This document shows positions 13,028-26,068 of a stretch of 64,000 nucleotides of DNA, piece by piece. The notes under the pieces are model-generated. The model searched no databases and was not told the origin of the DNA. It saw only the letters and a program-made list of their open reading frames with translations. The first letter of the stretch is position 1. Each line of letters opens with the position of its first letter. Both the position numbers and the translations under genes were made by a program. Source of the stretch: Eledone cirrhosa (lineage: Eukaryota); NCBI GenBank assembly GCA_964016885.1, contig OZ024742.1, forward strand, positions 161,138,001 through 161,202,000, in the 5' to 3' direction.

Positions 13028-13083
13028 ACTGCCTGATGAGGTCATAGCCATTCAATGGCTATCATCGAAATATATATAGCAGT
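13028..13083 (+). ncRNA. Type I hammerhead ribozyme motif
   Basis: ACTGC-CTGATGA-...ATAGCCAT-TCA-ATGGCTAT...-GAAA-TATATATA-GCAGT followed by AATAAA; sits in a ~190-bp insert between (TA)n tracts. Confidence 0.8.
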
Positions 13084-13126
13084 AAATAAAGGATTATGAG
13101 TTCATGCAATTGACTTATGTTTCTTC

Positions 13127-13170
<44 letters not shown>

Positions 13171-13193
13171 ATATATATATATATAATATATAT

Positions 13194-13225
<32 letters not shown>

Positions 13226-13233
13226 ATATATAT

Positions 13234-13324
<91 letters not shown>

Positions 13325-13391
13325 AAGGTTTAGTAAATAATGAAAAAGTTTCAAAATAAATTTTAAAAAATTGACTTTACCTACTATAGTT

Positions 13392-13475
13392 ACCTTTACC
13401 GATCGGTTTCGAATCCCAAAAATAAAACGGAGACCATACGGCCTTCGTTGCAAAGAAATATTCTCGTCAGAAGGT
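13392..13475 (-). ncRNA. Type I hammerhead ribozyme (copy 1 of 482-nt unit)
   Basis: ACCTT-CTGACGA-GAAT...ATTC-GAAA-CCGATCGGTA-AAGGT. Confidence 0.85.
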
Positions 13476-13873
13476 TCTTTTCATTCAAAGAATATAAAAT
13501 TCCTGAATTTAAATCACAAACTAGCGCTATCAAAACTGTTCCTGGGATGAGAGTGGATGATGTAGAACAGGTTTATCAAGGGCCGTAGCAAAGATAGAGG
13601 CAAAAGGAGGTAGGTCAAACTAGCCACAGCTATTGCTAGCAGCAGTCAGAACGACCAAATTTGTTCTCAACGTTAGTGGAGGTAGTAGTAATAGGAAATA
13701 CGTCCCTTCACGTACAAGGCGCCAAGGTCCGCATGTATTGTCCAACCAAATGCCAGTGTGGTTCAATGGCGGGTTAATAAATTAACGAGCCAGAACAAAT
13801 ATAAACAAGGTTTAGTAAATAATGAAAAAGTTTCAAAATAAATTTTAAAAAATTGACTTTACCTACTATAGTT

Positions 13874-13957
13874 ACCTTTACCGATCGGTTTCGAATCCCA
13901 AAAATAAAACGGAGACCATACGGCCTTCGTTGCAAAGAAAGATTCTCGTCAGAAGGT
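13874..13957 (-). ncRNA. Type I hammerhead ribozyme (copy 2 of 482-nt unit)
   Basis: ACCTT-CTGACGA-GAATC...GATTC-GAAA-CCGATCGGTA-AAGGT. Confidence 0.88.
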
Positions 13958-14150
13958 TCTTTTCATTCAAAGAATATAAAATTCCTGAATTTAAATCACA
14001 AATTTAAATTACTAAACCTTGTTTATATTTGTTCTGGCTCGTTAATTTATTAACCCGCCATTGAACCACACTGGCATTTGGTTGGACAATACATGCGGAC
14101 CTTGGCGCCTTGTGCGTGAAGGGACGTATTTCCTATTACTATATATATAT

Positions 14151-14269
<119 letters not shown>

Positions 14270-14319
14270 AAAGAATAGAAGTGTAACACACGAGTTATGA
14301 TATATTGGTAAAAGGAAAA

Positions 14320-14655
14320 GAAAATGCTGACAAATTGTTCCCAGTGAAAAATTGTTTAATTAGGAATAAGTAAAAATTAGTAATAAGTATCGGTTAGTAT
14401 TCAGTTTTGGGTTTAAGTTTTTACCGGTTGCGCATTTCTAATGCTTTTCAAAAATAATTTTGAGATAGAGTGCCCGTGATGTTTGCTCTAATCTGATTAG
14501 TTTTTGAAATTCTACCTGTTTTATGTGAAAAAAGTGGCTCCAGATGTGTTAAAATAAGTTTCGCGCCAATTTGTGTTGCAAAAATTCTTGTGGTCAAAAC
14601 AATTTTGATTGGTCGGTAGAGATTATGTGAATGTTAAAAATTGATTTTACGCCAA
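14320..14655 (-). mobile_element. PLE pLTR-like repeat with variant HHR (UUGAAAA...GCAA)
   Basis: Reverse complement of 29522-29873; motif at about 14419-14455. Confidence 0.75.
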
Positions 14656-14712
14656 ATGTAGGTTTGTCTCGGCTGATTGAGAAGTCACTGAAAAATAAGT
14701 CTTTTAAGACAA

Positions 14713-14748
<36 letters not shown>

Positions 14749-14850
14749 TAGTAGTAGTAAAGAGGTTCATTGTTGTGATAATGGTCAGTAGGGATGTGTG
14801 TGTGAATTGCAGTCATGTTGACAGGTCAACACTTCAGGTGCCTATTAAGA

Positions 14851-14931
<81 letters not shown>

Positions 14932-15220
14932 CAGAGTAATTCGTGGTAGAGGGATCGGACAGTAGGAATGTGTCTGTACGTGTGTGGGGGATATTTTAAC
15001 ATGTTAAAAGATCTTTTTCAGCTCTATTCTTATACGGAGAAGTGTGTGTATGTGTGTGTATATGTCTCTTTGTATGTTAGTGTACGCGTGTGTATGTGTG
15101 TGTGTATATATATGTGTGTGTGTGTATGTGTGTGTGTGTGTATGTGTGTATGTGGGTGGGTGGACCAGTATTTTTGTGATACTGGTAAAAATGGTGTACA
15201 TTAAATGGTGTATACAAATG

Positions 15221-15356
<136 letters not shown>

Positions 15357-15439
15357 GCATAAATATACGTATAAATATGTATGTATATTAAGAGTGAGAG
15401 ATCGAAGCTTCAATTTAACATATTTTATTTGTAATCACG

Positions 15440-15530
15440 CATAACGCGTGTTTCGCAAATTCCCCGCACGAAGCTTTAATCAATTACAATCAGTTTTGAC
15501 TCTGGGATCGAATTGTTCATCAGACATAGT
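15440..15530 (-). ncRNA. Degenerate HHR-like motif with long helix II
   Basis: Reverse strand CTGATGA-ACAATTC...GAATTTGC-GAAA-CACGCGTTA; helix I poor. Confidence 0.4.
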
Positions 15531-15769
15531 GGATAACAGAATCGGAATATGTTCATCTCCTATGTATATCTGCCTATGTATAGGATTTCGACCAAGCTCG
15601 GATGTGATGTTATGAATTGGCATGATTTAATATATGAGGTTGCCTACATACAGTAATAAAGCTGACTAAACTAAAGTAATGACATTATTCCACCAGCAGA
15701 CGCAGACACCCTCCACTTTGCTCCGGTTGAATATCCAGAATATTCTAGATGGAAACAGAGAGGCCTACA

Positions 15770-15900
15770 CCAGCACTTGATTAGCACTTTCTTTATCGAC
15801 CCCAAAAGCATTATAGACAAAGTATACGTCAGTGGGATTTGAACTCAGAAGCCCAGAACAAAAATCCTAAACTTTAACGTATTTGCTAAATCGGCAACAA
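15770..15900 (-). mobile_element. SINE fragment
   Basis: TTTATCGACCCCAAAAG...GGGATTTGAACTCAGAA matches the reverse complement of the 19021 family. Confidence 0.6.
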
Positions 15901-18707
15901 ATGGGGTTCGTATTTGAGTTGATGATCCAGTTCCCCGAGATTTTACCAGTGTATTAATCTCCCTTACAATTAAATGATAAGAATTTCTTATATTGAAAAA
16001 ACGCTTTGAAATTATAAAATGTGCCGTTATGCGTTTTATTCTCTTTTCAAGAACATAAGTGACATAAATAAAATAGCTGCAAAATAGCTGAAATTGAGAA
16101 TCTAAATCAAGAGATGGATTCAGTTTACTGAGGGCTTAGCTCCTTTTCTGAAGTTCCCAGTATACATTTATTTAATAAGTGTTGTTGTTATTGATTGAAC
16201 AAAGTCATTTCTAATCAAGTAGATTTATGATCAAATTCATCCCCGAACTACAACGTCAAATATGCCGTTCTCCTTTAAGACAATATGGTATGATTTGAGG
16301 GAGATTTTACTACTATTTCTAGTAGATCAGCAGTGAATTCCCCTTATTTAGTTCGCTTAATATATTTTTCTGACATAGGCATAGATTTAAGAATGTTAAT
16401 AGAGGGAGATGACAGAACTTAAACGTATATCTACGAAGGAAATAAGCATTCAAAATTGGATTGCAGATTCGGTTCACCAAGAATGTACCACACTTCAAGA
16501 AACCATCTATCTACTAAAATTGCGATAACAACAAAAATGCATACCCTTCGTTTACAAATTTCTCTTTAACATTTCTTTTTATTATTTCTAAAAATTTTAA
16601 ATATACACTTTTACACCCTTTACTACAAGTTCCAAAATGTTAACTCAGTTCGCTATTTATCATTTTGCTTCTTATTTTGCTTGAGTTGGTATGCTTTCAA
16701 AAATTGAAAGAATATCTGGAATGCCTATAGATTCATATGGAGAACGTGCGCTAAGATCGATTTAAGTGTACTAAGCATATTTCTCGACAACTAACTTTTG
16801 CAAGTATGACAACAGACCTTCCTCCAATATTTCTCTCGTTGACAGTGATAACTGAGAAGTTATTAACATACAAATGACACAGAAATGCTGATAAGTTAAG
16901 GAATTCTATTTATTTCTATTCCATAGCTAGATCAACATTATCAAATGTGTTATTCCTTTTTGAGGGGGATTTCCCTGCTATTTTAGCAGGTTGAGAGAAT
17001 GCATAAAGGCTCCCTCGTCGGCTCAGCCACAGAGCAAAGGGGGTCGATACGCAATTGTCAAAACAGTGCATTGCATCCTAAAGTATAAACGCATATAGAA
17101 AAGAATTGTAGGCCAGGATGATTTTTTTTTTCACCAACAACACATGAACAAGCTACAAATGAGTAGCAGAAGAGTCGCCTGCAACAGCACGACAGTTCAC
17201 CTCGTCCTCACTACTTAAAAAAACAACACATTCAAAGCACATTTTGAAAACGAGATACCTTGGAGAGAGTGTTCGAGTGTTAGATAAAACATAGTTATTT
17301 TTTAAAATATCTACGTCGTGCGAGCTCTGTCTCACAGAGAAACTTCACATCTTCCACTATTTTACCCCAGTCATAGAAAAAAATGTGGACTTGCTGAAAC
17401 GTGCTTCAATTCCTCCTGGATAATTCCAAAGTGGATACCCCTGATGCAGGATAGGTGATAACCAGTGATCTATGCTGTCTACACTGTTACTTTCCAACTC
17501 ACTGATGTATACGGTACATGTTAAACCCTGTTGATTTCTCATATATATATATATGGAAAATCCGTCGTAATCCTTGGTGTTAATCTAATAGTATAACCCG
17601 AGGTGCAGCAACTCTTTAGAGAATCTAAGAAGCTAAAGAATCTGGGGATTAGTTATGGAAGGACAAATAGAGGACCGCGTGAGCGTATTTAATATAGCGA
17701 GTGAAGAGACAAAAATAAACGAAAACAAGACAGAATACGGTTAAAATTGAGAATATTAGTTTAATGCTCAAATGTAACAGAAAGAGAGTATGTAACTTTT
17801 CTGGCTGCGCCCTTCATCGGTGTGGTAGAGAACAACCATATACACACTACCTCTGCAACCATATAATTATGGTCAACTTACTGCTTGCTTTCGTTTCTTG
17901 CCTACTTTCCTATATTTTTCTTCCTGTTTCTCTCTATTATCCTGAATTTAACGTGCACCTTTAATGTAACGCGCACCTTTAATGTAATCCTCACGAATTC
18001 ACATTTTTTTATATAACAGCTTTTGCTTTTAGTCTGACATTTTCATGGTATTTACACCAAACCATGTGTATTCTTTAAAAAAAAAAAGGATGATGTGGGA
18101 TATTTTTATTTTATTAATTGCTGTTTTTATTTTTCCTTTTTTTTTCAATTTTTAGATATTAGTCTTTCTGTTGTTTTCCTTCTTACTCTTTCGCTCTTTT
18201 CAGGGTTGATCACTCAATCTATTTCTCCTCCTCAAGCAATTTTAACTCGCCATTTCTCCCACTGTCTTGCTTTTCTGTCTAAATAAAAATATACACAAAT
18301 AACAATGCGTCAAAATAGGATGACAGCCAGTTCATTCTCGAAGTTTTAACATCAATTTCATATATAATGAAATAAATATGGTTTTATAAATATAGTTTCC
18401 ATTTATTTAATATCGTAAATATACTCCAAATACTTGTCGAGTGCTTTTATATCAGTTATAAATATTTACTAGTTGTAACCCAACAATTTAAATATAACTT
18501 TCCACATATATATATATATATATATATAATATTAATATGTGTAAAAGTATTAATATGTGTAAAAGTAAACACAGTAAATCCCGTGTCTAAAATTACGAGG
18601 GTAGATTACACCACAAATGTTATATATCATTCAACTTGAATCATATGGGATGTTACAAGATTTCTTACAAGATTTCTCATACATACCATATCAATAACCA
18701 TTTCATC

Positions 18708-18793
18708 TCCCAGACAGACTAAAGATTTAATCTGTTTCGCCCTGAATGAATCGTGTTTGTAACAAGTAATCCGTAGGCATTTCGTCAGCGAGA
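18708..18793 (-). ncRNA. Type I hammerhead ribozyme with long helix III
   Basis: TCTCG-CTGACGA-AAT-GCCT...AGGGC-GAAA-CAGATTA-AATCTT-TAGTCTG-TC-TGGGA. Confidence 0.75.
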
Positions 18794-19020
18794 GATAAGA
18801 CTAAATGTTACACAACACCTATAACGATAAACTCACTAAAGTTTACACCTCGTGCGTTGAAAGTCATATGCGGTGAAAGTGGTTATGCTAGAAATAATAG
18901 GCTATTTACACTCATTTTTATAAGGAGCCGAAATACAAATAAAATATAGAGTTATTAACTCATATAGATACCCTGCAATTAACAAGCTCAAAGTATAAAT
19001 ACTGAGCATTATAATATCCA

Positions 19021-19210
19021 GGGCGGTGGATTGGCAGTATCGGTGGAGGGTCGGATGCCATGCTTTCCAGCATAGTTACGTCCCTTTACGATCTGAGTTC
19101 AAATCCCGCCGAGGTTGACTTTGCCTTTCATCCTTACGGGGTCGATAAAGTAAAGTACCAGTAATGCACTGGGTAATTGCTGGCCTTGTGCCTTAAGTAG
19201 AAACTATTAT
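19021..19210 (+). mobile_element. SINE, near full length
   Basis: GGCGGTGGATTGGCAGTATCGG (A-box-like)...GAGTTCAAATCCCGCCGAGGTTGACTTTGCCTTTCATCC...GTCGATAAAGTAAAGTACCAG. Confidence 0.8.
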
Positions 19211-19358
19211 AATATTAATATGCGTAAAAGTAAACAGTAAATCCCGTGTCTAAAATTACGAGGGTAGATTACACCACAAATGTTATATATCATTCAACCT
19301 GAATCATATGGGATGTTACAAGATTTCTCATACATACCATATCAATAACCATTTCATC

Positions 19359-19444
19359 TCCCGGACAGACTAAAGATTTAATCTGTTTCGCCCTGAATGA
19401 ATCGTGTTTGTAACAAGTAATCCGTAGGCATTTCGTCAGCGAAA
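19359..19444 (-). ncRNA. Type I hammerhead ribozyme (second copy)
   Basis: TTTCG-CTGACGA...GAAA-CAGATTAAATCTTTAGTCTG-TC-CGGGA. Confidence 0.75.
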
Positions 19445-19490
19445 TATATTATATATATATATATATACATATATACACGCATACACAAAG

Positions 19491-19537
<47 letters not shown>

Positions 19538-19541
19538 TACA

Positions 19542-19574
<33 letters not shown>

Positions 19575-19791
19575 GTTAATATGTATACATATATATATAT
19601 ATGTGTGTATATATATATATACATATACACACATACACATATACACACGATATGTTGCTAGAATGTATGTAACAAACAACCCAATCTTATTGTGTTGTCT
19701 GATGCTTACTACGCAATGATGGAGGATGTCTTTACAATTCCATGTCGCTTTTAATTATCATTTCAATCGTGTAAAATGGAATATTCTGTAA

Positions 19792-20005
19792 ACGTGTGGC
19801 CTAGTAGATAAAAGTTGGCTTCTCGGTCTTCATAAGGTCATGGGTTCGATCCTCCAGACAGAACGATGTGTTGTATCCTTAAGCAAGTTAATTCATTTTC
19901 ACTCGGTTGAAAATAAACACAAGCGGCAACTAAAGGTTATCTCTGTGACGTTGAGCAAGGTTCTTCATTTAACGTTGCTCCAGTTCAATCACCTGAAAAT
20001 AAGTA
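19792..20005 (+). mobile_element. tRNA-derived SINE head(s), diverged
   Basis: GTGGCCTAGTAG (A box)...GGTTCGATCC (B box)...CCTTAAGCAAG. Confidence 0.6.
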
Positions 20006-20042
20006 ATATCATTTCTGCTTTTATATATTATATATATTTATA

Positions 20043-20597
20043 TATATGAATGTATATATAGTATATTTGGCAATACACTGTATGCTTAATTAAACACATT
20101 TTGAAGACCTTACGCTATTGTTTTAAAGTAGTGACTATGTCACTACTTTTTTCAACAAACATATATATATATATAATACACACACACATATATATATATG
20201 TGTTTGTGTGTGTATTATATATATATCATATATATACATATATATATTTATATGTGTGTGTGTGTATGTATATATATATATGTGTGTGTGTGTCTGTTAT
20301 ATATATAATAGCTAGTTCAATGGCTAGTTCCGGAACAAGCTGTTGAACGGCAAGAGCTCACCCGTCGGGTCCCGACTCATTATAATATTGCCATCTTTAC
20401 TACCCCAAATATCAAGTACTCTGTTGAGTAATGGTCCAACAACTTTTAAACTGCTTCTATCCTGATTTATATATATATCGCCGAAAAGAAGTAAGTGACA
20501 TAGTCACTTCTTTAAAACTGATAGCGTATGTTCTTCAAAATGTTTTTAATTAAACATACGGTGTATTGCCAAATATACTATACATACATTCATATAT
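20043..20597. repeat. Inverted pair of termini related to the 310-bp HHR repeat
   Basis: 20043-20150 is the reverse complement of 20486-20597; ATAGCG...TCTTCAAAATGT...AAACATAC...ATTCA.ATAT is shared with 58798-58875. Confidence 0.7.
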
Positions 20598-20598
20598 G

Positions 20599-20649
<51 letters not shown>

Positions 20650-20872
20650 CACAAAGCCCCTATACGTGTGTGTGTATTTGTGTATGTTTATGTTTGTGTT
20701 TATGTAGTATCCCTTTATGCTCCCACGTAACTTAGATCTTTGATAAGTAGAGAACGATAAAATCAGTACAAGTCAGAGATAAGTACGTGGATCGATATCA
20801 TTAGATAAACTCTTGAAGGCACGGCGATGGCTCAGTCTATTGACTAATATTTGTAAAACTATGTATGTGTGC

Positions 20873-20948
<76 letters not shown>

Positions 20949-21429
20949 ATACAGCCATACATATATCATTGACTAACCATCAGTGCACTATTTACTTGTC
21001 GGCGGTTTATCTTGCAGAGTTGAGTACCACTTCATTGTATATAGTCATATCGTTACCTCTATCAGCTGCTGTATTTTCTCGTACTCTTTAGAAACGAATA
21101 AATGTCATTTGTAACTACATATTTACAATAGTTCCGAGTGGGGTGTATGAAAGGTGATTCTGAATGACTTACTGGAAAAGTGAGTAAAAAAAGGATACGT
21201 TTGTTGATTGTATGTATGGACTCGTGACTTCTGGCTGAACCGTAGGAGCGCCGTCCTTACATAGAACATGATGTGGATATTTTAAACTTGGCAGAACCCA
21301 CCTCCTTGCCATTTCTGAATACAACCGATTTCCTCCAGAGACAGAGAGAGAGAAAGGGAAAGAGAGAGAAAGATATATATATATATATTTACATATATAT
21401 ATATATATATGTGCGTGTATGTATATAAT

Positions 21430-21615
21430 AATAATAGTAATAATAATAATAGTAATCCCTCCGAGGAAACGCCTTTTCCATTCTGTCCGCCGGGATTGTG
21501 AGGAGGCCAGCACGTGGGACCCCATTTGCTCACCATACAGAGAGATGGGGAGGGCGAGAGAGATGGAGGCGATGACAGTGGGAGATCGGCTGTTCCACAT
21601 TTGTACCATATCCCT
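21430..21615 (-). mobile_element. Possible CR1/L2-type LINE 3' end with (TTA)n tail
   Basis: Minus strand VQMWNSRSPTVIAS resembles the WNxLP C-terminal motif, followed by a GC-richer UTR and a (TTA)n tail. Confidence 0.4.
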
Positions 21616-21701
21616 GTGGTTGTGATCATTATCTATAGAGTTCATTTTTTGTCTTATTATATAGAAGACGATGCAGATAATCCCCTATCTATTTATATAA
21701 C

Positions 21702-21962
21702 GAAAGATACATACTTTATATCATCTCTATTTATTTCATTATATATATTTCGAAGATGCAAAGTTTTATGCATAACATAAAATAAAACATGTTCTTCTCA
21801 GACAAAATACATAGAAAATGTATAATTTTTTCTTGACATGCTGGTAGGCAAATGAACTGGACAGAACAGTGACCACCAAGCATATATGTTATACATAAAA
21901 CTTTGCATCTTCGAAATATATATAATGAAATAAATAGAGATGATATAAAGTACATATCTTTC
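21702..21962. repeat. Inverted repeat (~78-bp arms) holding the 3' half of an HHR
   Basis: 21702-21779 is the reverse complement of 21885-21962; arms read CTTC-GAAA-TATATATA-ATGAAATAAA. Confidence 0.75.
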
Positions 21963-22096
21963 ATTTATTACTATTATTATTATTATAATACTCCGGATAA
22001 TGTTATACCGTTGAGTGCTTGGCATCTGTTAGATATAAGAATGAGATGATCACAAATCAACCAACTCTTTTTTCATTGATTTATATATATATATAT

Positions 22097-22282
22097 TCGC
22101 AATCGTGAGGTTGTCAGTTCGATTCCTGGACCGGGTGATGCATTATATCCTTGAGCAAGACTCTTTATTTCACGTTGCTCCTTCTACCTGGAGTTACGAC
22201 CGATAGATAGTATTAACAATTGGAAAGACTGACGGAAACATTGTTTCGTCGGTCCCATTTGACGAAAGTCGATCGACAAATG

Positions 22283-22285
<3 letters not shown>
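22097..22285 (+). mobile_element. tRNA-derived SINE, 5' truncated
   Basis: Homologous along its length to 36958-37172. Confidence 0.75.
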
Positions 22286-22329
<44 letters not shown>

Positions 22330-22332
<3 letters not shown>

Positions 22333-22472
22333 CGGAGGAATCGACCCAGTGTTGGACTGGTTCCTATTTTATCGACTTCTAAAGAATGAAACGCAAAGAT
22401 GACTTCGGCAGAATTTGAACTCCGTGCGCAATGAGCCATAAGGCATTCTACAACTGCCAATTCACTGCCTAT
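22330..22472 (-). mobile_element. SINE (19021 family)
   Basis: TTTTATCGAC...GGCAGAATTTGAACTC...TGCCAATTCACTGCC. Confidence 0.65.
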
Positions 22473-22779
22473 CCACAAGTTCAATAACCTTGGTTAATAT
22501 ACAGAGAAGCTCATACTAGAAGCAGTCAAGGTTGAATTAAAACTCAATTGAAATAGATGTTTGACACTGAGCATAATAGAAGCTAGGACAAGATAACAAT
22601 CAACGAGAATTGGGTGATGTCAAGAAATACGTTTATCTAGAAGCTGTCATAGATAGTGTGAAGGCAGGCAGCTGTGGTACCAAGAACAGACTGCAGAATA
22701 CAAGAAATGCAGCTAAGTGACTGTGGCTGCTGTGATCAGTTAAATACACCTATATATGTCACTAGTAAGACCATGAACA

Positions 22780-23975
22780 AATGCTTCTACGTGGTCGTCG
22801 AGTTTGCTAGAAATAGCAACCGAATCTCACTCAAATATCGATTTCTAATTTAAGAACGTAGGTGGTAGAGTCGTTAAAATGTGGGATACATTATGTTCTA
22901 TTCGGTGGCATTTTATCCGGCGCTCTACAAAGTCTACTAATCCACAATTCTTTAATATCACTCAAATATTCGTCTTAGAAATAGAACATGTTGGCTTATG
23001 TGATCCTGGAAAAAGACAGGATTGTCATAGCTGGAATGTCTGATTATAGGTCTGATCGATTTATCAGGGTGAACCTGGGACTAAACAACAACAAAAATGA
23101 CAGCAACAACAGTAATATGAACTGCAACAGTAATAACAACAACAACTGGTAAACTTTACTAATGTTGGATAAAGTGATCCTCGGTTCCCTGCACGCAGAA
23201 AAATGACAGGATAATGACGGTTAGAATGTCTTTGATCAGGGAGGACTTAGGGCTATACAACAACAACAACAACAACAACAGCTAGTAAAACCATAAGTAA
23301 CTGGAGAGAAACTAAGTGGCCGTTCTCTCCACTAGAAATAGCAACTAAATTTCTCTCAAATCCCACGAAAATGACTTAAATAAGGAGAGTGTATTTTTGA
23401 CATTGTCATACATACACCTAATGAGACGTTGTGGTCATGGTTGGAATACCTATCATTGTAGATTTGTTCACTCAATGATGACTTGAAGCTAAACAACAAC
23501 AGTAACAACAACAATGATATAGTTATGAAATATTTCGATGTTTGGAGTTGTTTTTGCAGACCAGTTAATCCATACCATCTAGTCCAGGGACAACGTAAAT
23601 CTCATAGTTTTGACTACAATTGATATTTGATTGGATTTCAAAAAGGGTTCTTTTTAAAAGAAAGCTGTCCATGCTAACGCAATTGTGTGATCGACAGTCA
23701 CCTCGTTATTGTTTGAATCTGATAGATAATGTCATACACAAACAGATTAGATAACGCAATACTAAAACCAACCAAAGAGAGGAATTTGTGTGGACGCTCA
23801 GACTTGCTAGAAATAGAAGCTAAATCTCTATACACATTATACACAATTATACACAAGCAAAAGCACATTGGATAATTTAGTCCTCAATGCCTAAAAAAAA
23901 AGACTGGATAGCCATGGCAGAAATGTCTTAGATGATATGTTTGCTCCGTCGTAAGACTAAAGACTAAAAACAGCA
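22780..23975 (+). mobile_element. Cluster of 4 or more co-oriented retroposon 3' fragments ending in (CAA)n
   Basis: Recurrent GCTAGAAATAGCA...AAAT, GGTCAT.G.TGGAATG and CTAAACAACAAC; an inverted relative lies at about 16180-16325. Confidence 0.65.
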
Positions 23976-24801
23976 AAGTTAGAAGGAAAAGAGTAAGCTA
24001 AGATAGTAAACATACATAACATAACTGCGAATGTATGGATTTACACGAAAGTAAAACTGCTTGAGAAAGTTGTATGGAGTGACTTCGTTGGCGCCTTGAT
24101 TGTCGTTGTTACCTCAGACTAGCCCTCATCAAATAGACATATATTCAAAGGCGTTCCAGTAGTGATCACCCCTCGTTACTCTGTATATATCAGAAATTAA
24201 TTTATTGTTCAATACGTACATTCACTTTTAATCTTTCGTTTTCTTTTTTTTCTTTTATTATTTTTCATGAAGTTATGGCAAAATTCAGGAAGGTTTGGCT
24301 GCTATTTTTAGAAGAAAAAAGACAACTTTTGTAGGTTTGGGTAGAAGTGTGTAGTGCTAGTTCTGAAGGTAGTGATATCACAGGAACCCTGCTGTTTAGG
24401 ACACACATTTTTAGATGGCATACTGAAAAAAAGAATATGAAAAACATAAAGGATTTTATGTACTACCGAAATTTCATGTAAAGATTAAGTTTACTTAATA
24501 TGTGGATAATCGCAGAAATTTGTTATCTGAAATCTGATGGAGGGGGACGTTCACTATTATAAACACCCCCCTTCTGATAGTGCGATAGCTAGCTGAGAAA
24601 CTCACATCACGGGTTATTTTCGTTGTAGTTGTTATTAGTTGTTCTTCTTCGTCTTCGTTTTCTTCTCCTTCTTCTTCTTCTTCTTCTTCTTTTTCTTCTT
24701 CTTGTGACATTTTGTTATATATTTTGTTTCATCATCATCATCGCCATCATCATCATCATTATCAACATCATCATCGTTATGTTTATCATCATATATATGT
24801 T

Positions 24802-24855
<54 letters not shown>

Positions 24856-25008
24856 CAAGATGTATGGTAGGTCGTACGTAAATCGCGATGATCACGCCTG
24901 ACCTACCAAATATGCGACGGTAGCTAGTTAAGCTCTATGCGTATAAGCAGAGCAGAAATATTAAGGAAAAAGAACAAAGGAACTTTTATGACATTATAAC
25001 AAGTTTAT

Positions 25009-25055
25009 TGCCGACAGCCGTTTCGTCCGACCATATGGTGGGACTTTTCAAGGCA
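25009..25055 (-). ncRNA. Hammerhead ribozyme, U3-A8 core variant (left arm)
   Basis: Reverse complement of 25951-25997. Confidence 0.78.
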
Positions 25056-25950
25056 TATAACAGGTAATTGTAAGTTCATTATTTTCATCAACGTTTCACT
25101 CAAGATTAGCAGTTTGAAATCGTGGTATACATCAACAGCTCAGCTTGTTTATCTGGGGTCTATATTCTAAGGGGGCTCTTTTATAATAGTTGTAGGAGTT
25201 GTAAAAGGGATGGCTTTTTGAATTAACCTTTAATTGATTAATTTCTTTCAACTATTTATTTCTTAATTTTTAAATTTAATGTTCAACCTCTTAATCTTAA
25301 ATTTTTAATCTTGGATATATAAGATTTCTTAATCTTAAATTCATTAAATTTTTAAATTTCTGGGTTTGGAACTCTTCAACTTCAAATCCTAACTTAAATC
25401 TTAATCTTTATATTATCGATTCCCTAAATCATTAACTTTATTAACCTCTTAAATCTTTTTGAAAGTATTTTTTTCCCTAATTTTTAATTTTTAAGTTTAG
25501 AACGTAGGGATTATTAAATCTTCGTAAATTTTCTTAATTTTTTTAAGGGAATTTTTTATAAAAAATTTTTTGAAGGAATTTTTTAGGAAACTTTTTATTT
25601 TTTTATTCTTTTAATCTGGTTTGTTAGGTTTATTAGGGCTTATAAGCTTTATGCGCTTATTGAGGTGTTTTTAAGGTGCGTTTAAGGGATCCCAAGTCTT
25701 TTACTTTTAATGCGTAACTTATAAATTCTTTAATTTTTAACCTTCAATCCCTAACTTTTAGGCCCTTTTCAAATTCTCTTAATTCCCTCTAACCCATCCC
25801 TTTTACAACTCCTACAACTATTATAAAAGAGCCCCTTAGAATATAGACCCCAGATAAACAAGCTGAGCTGTTGATGTATACCACGATTTCAAACTGCTAA
25901 TCTTGAGTGAAACGTTGATGAAAATAATAAACTTACAATCACCTGTTATA

Positions 25951-25997
25951 TGCCTTGAAAAGTCCCACCATATGGTCGGACGAAACGGCTGTCGGCA
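25951..25997 (+). ncRNA. Hammerhead ribozyme, U3-A8 core variant (right arm)
   Basis: TGCC-TTGAAAA-GTCC-CACCATATGGTC-GGAC-GAAA-CGGCTGTC-GGCA then AATAAA. Confidence 0.8.
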
Positions 25998-26068
25998 ATA
26001 AACTTGTTATAATGTCAAAAGTTCCTTTGTTCTTTTTCCTTAATATATATATATATATATATATATTT

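Larger units (their letters stand above)
13321..14140 (-). mobile_element. Non-coding partial-tandem element (period 482 bp) with two HHRs and an inverted segment
   Basis: 13321-13520 repeats at 13803-14002; 14009-14140 is the reverse complement of 13687-13817; (TA)n on both sides. Confidence 0.85.
18528..19445 (-). mobile_element. Partial-tandem non-coding element with two HHRs, interrupted by a SINE
   Basis: About 18549-18793 repeats at 19211-19444; flanked by (TA)n. Confidence 0.8.
24958..26046. mobile_element. Fold-back element: ~255-bp inverted arms, ~580-bp spacer, one HHR per arm
   Basis: 24958-25213 is a near-perfect reverse complement of 25794-26046. Confidence 0.9.
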
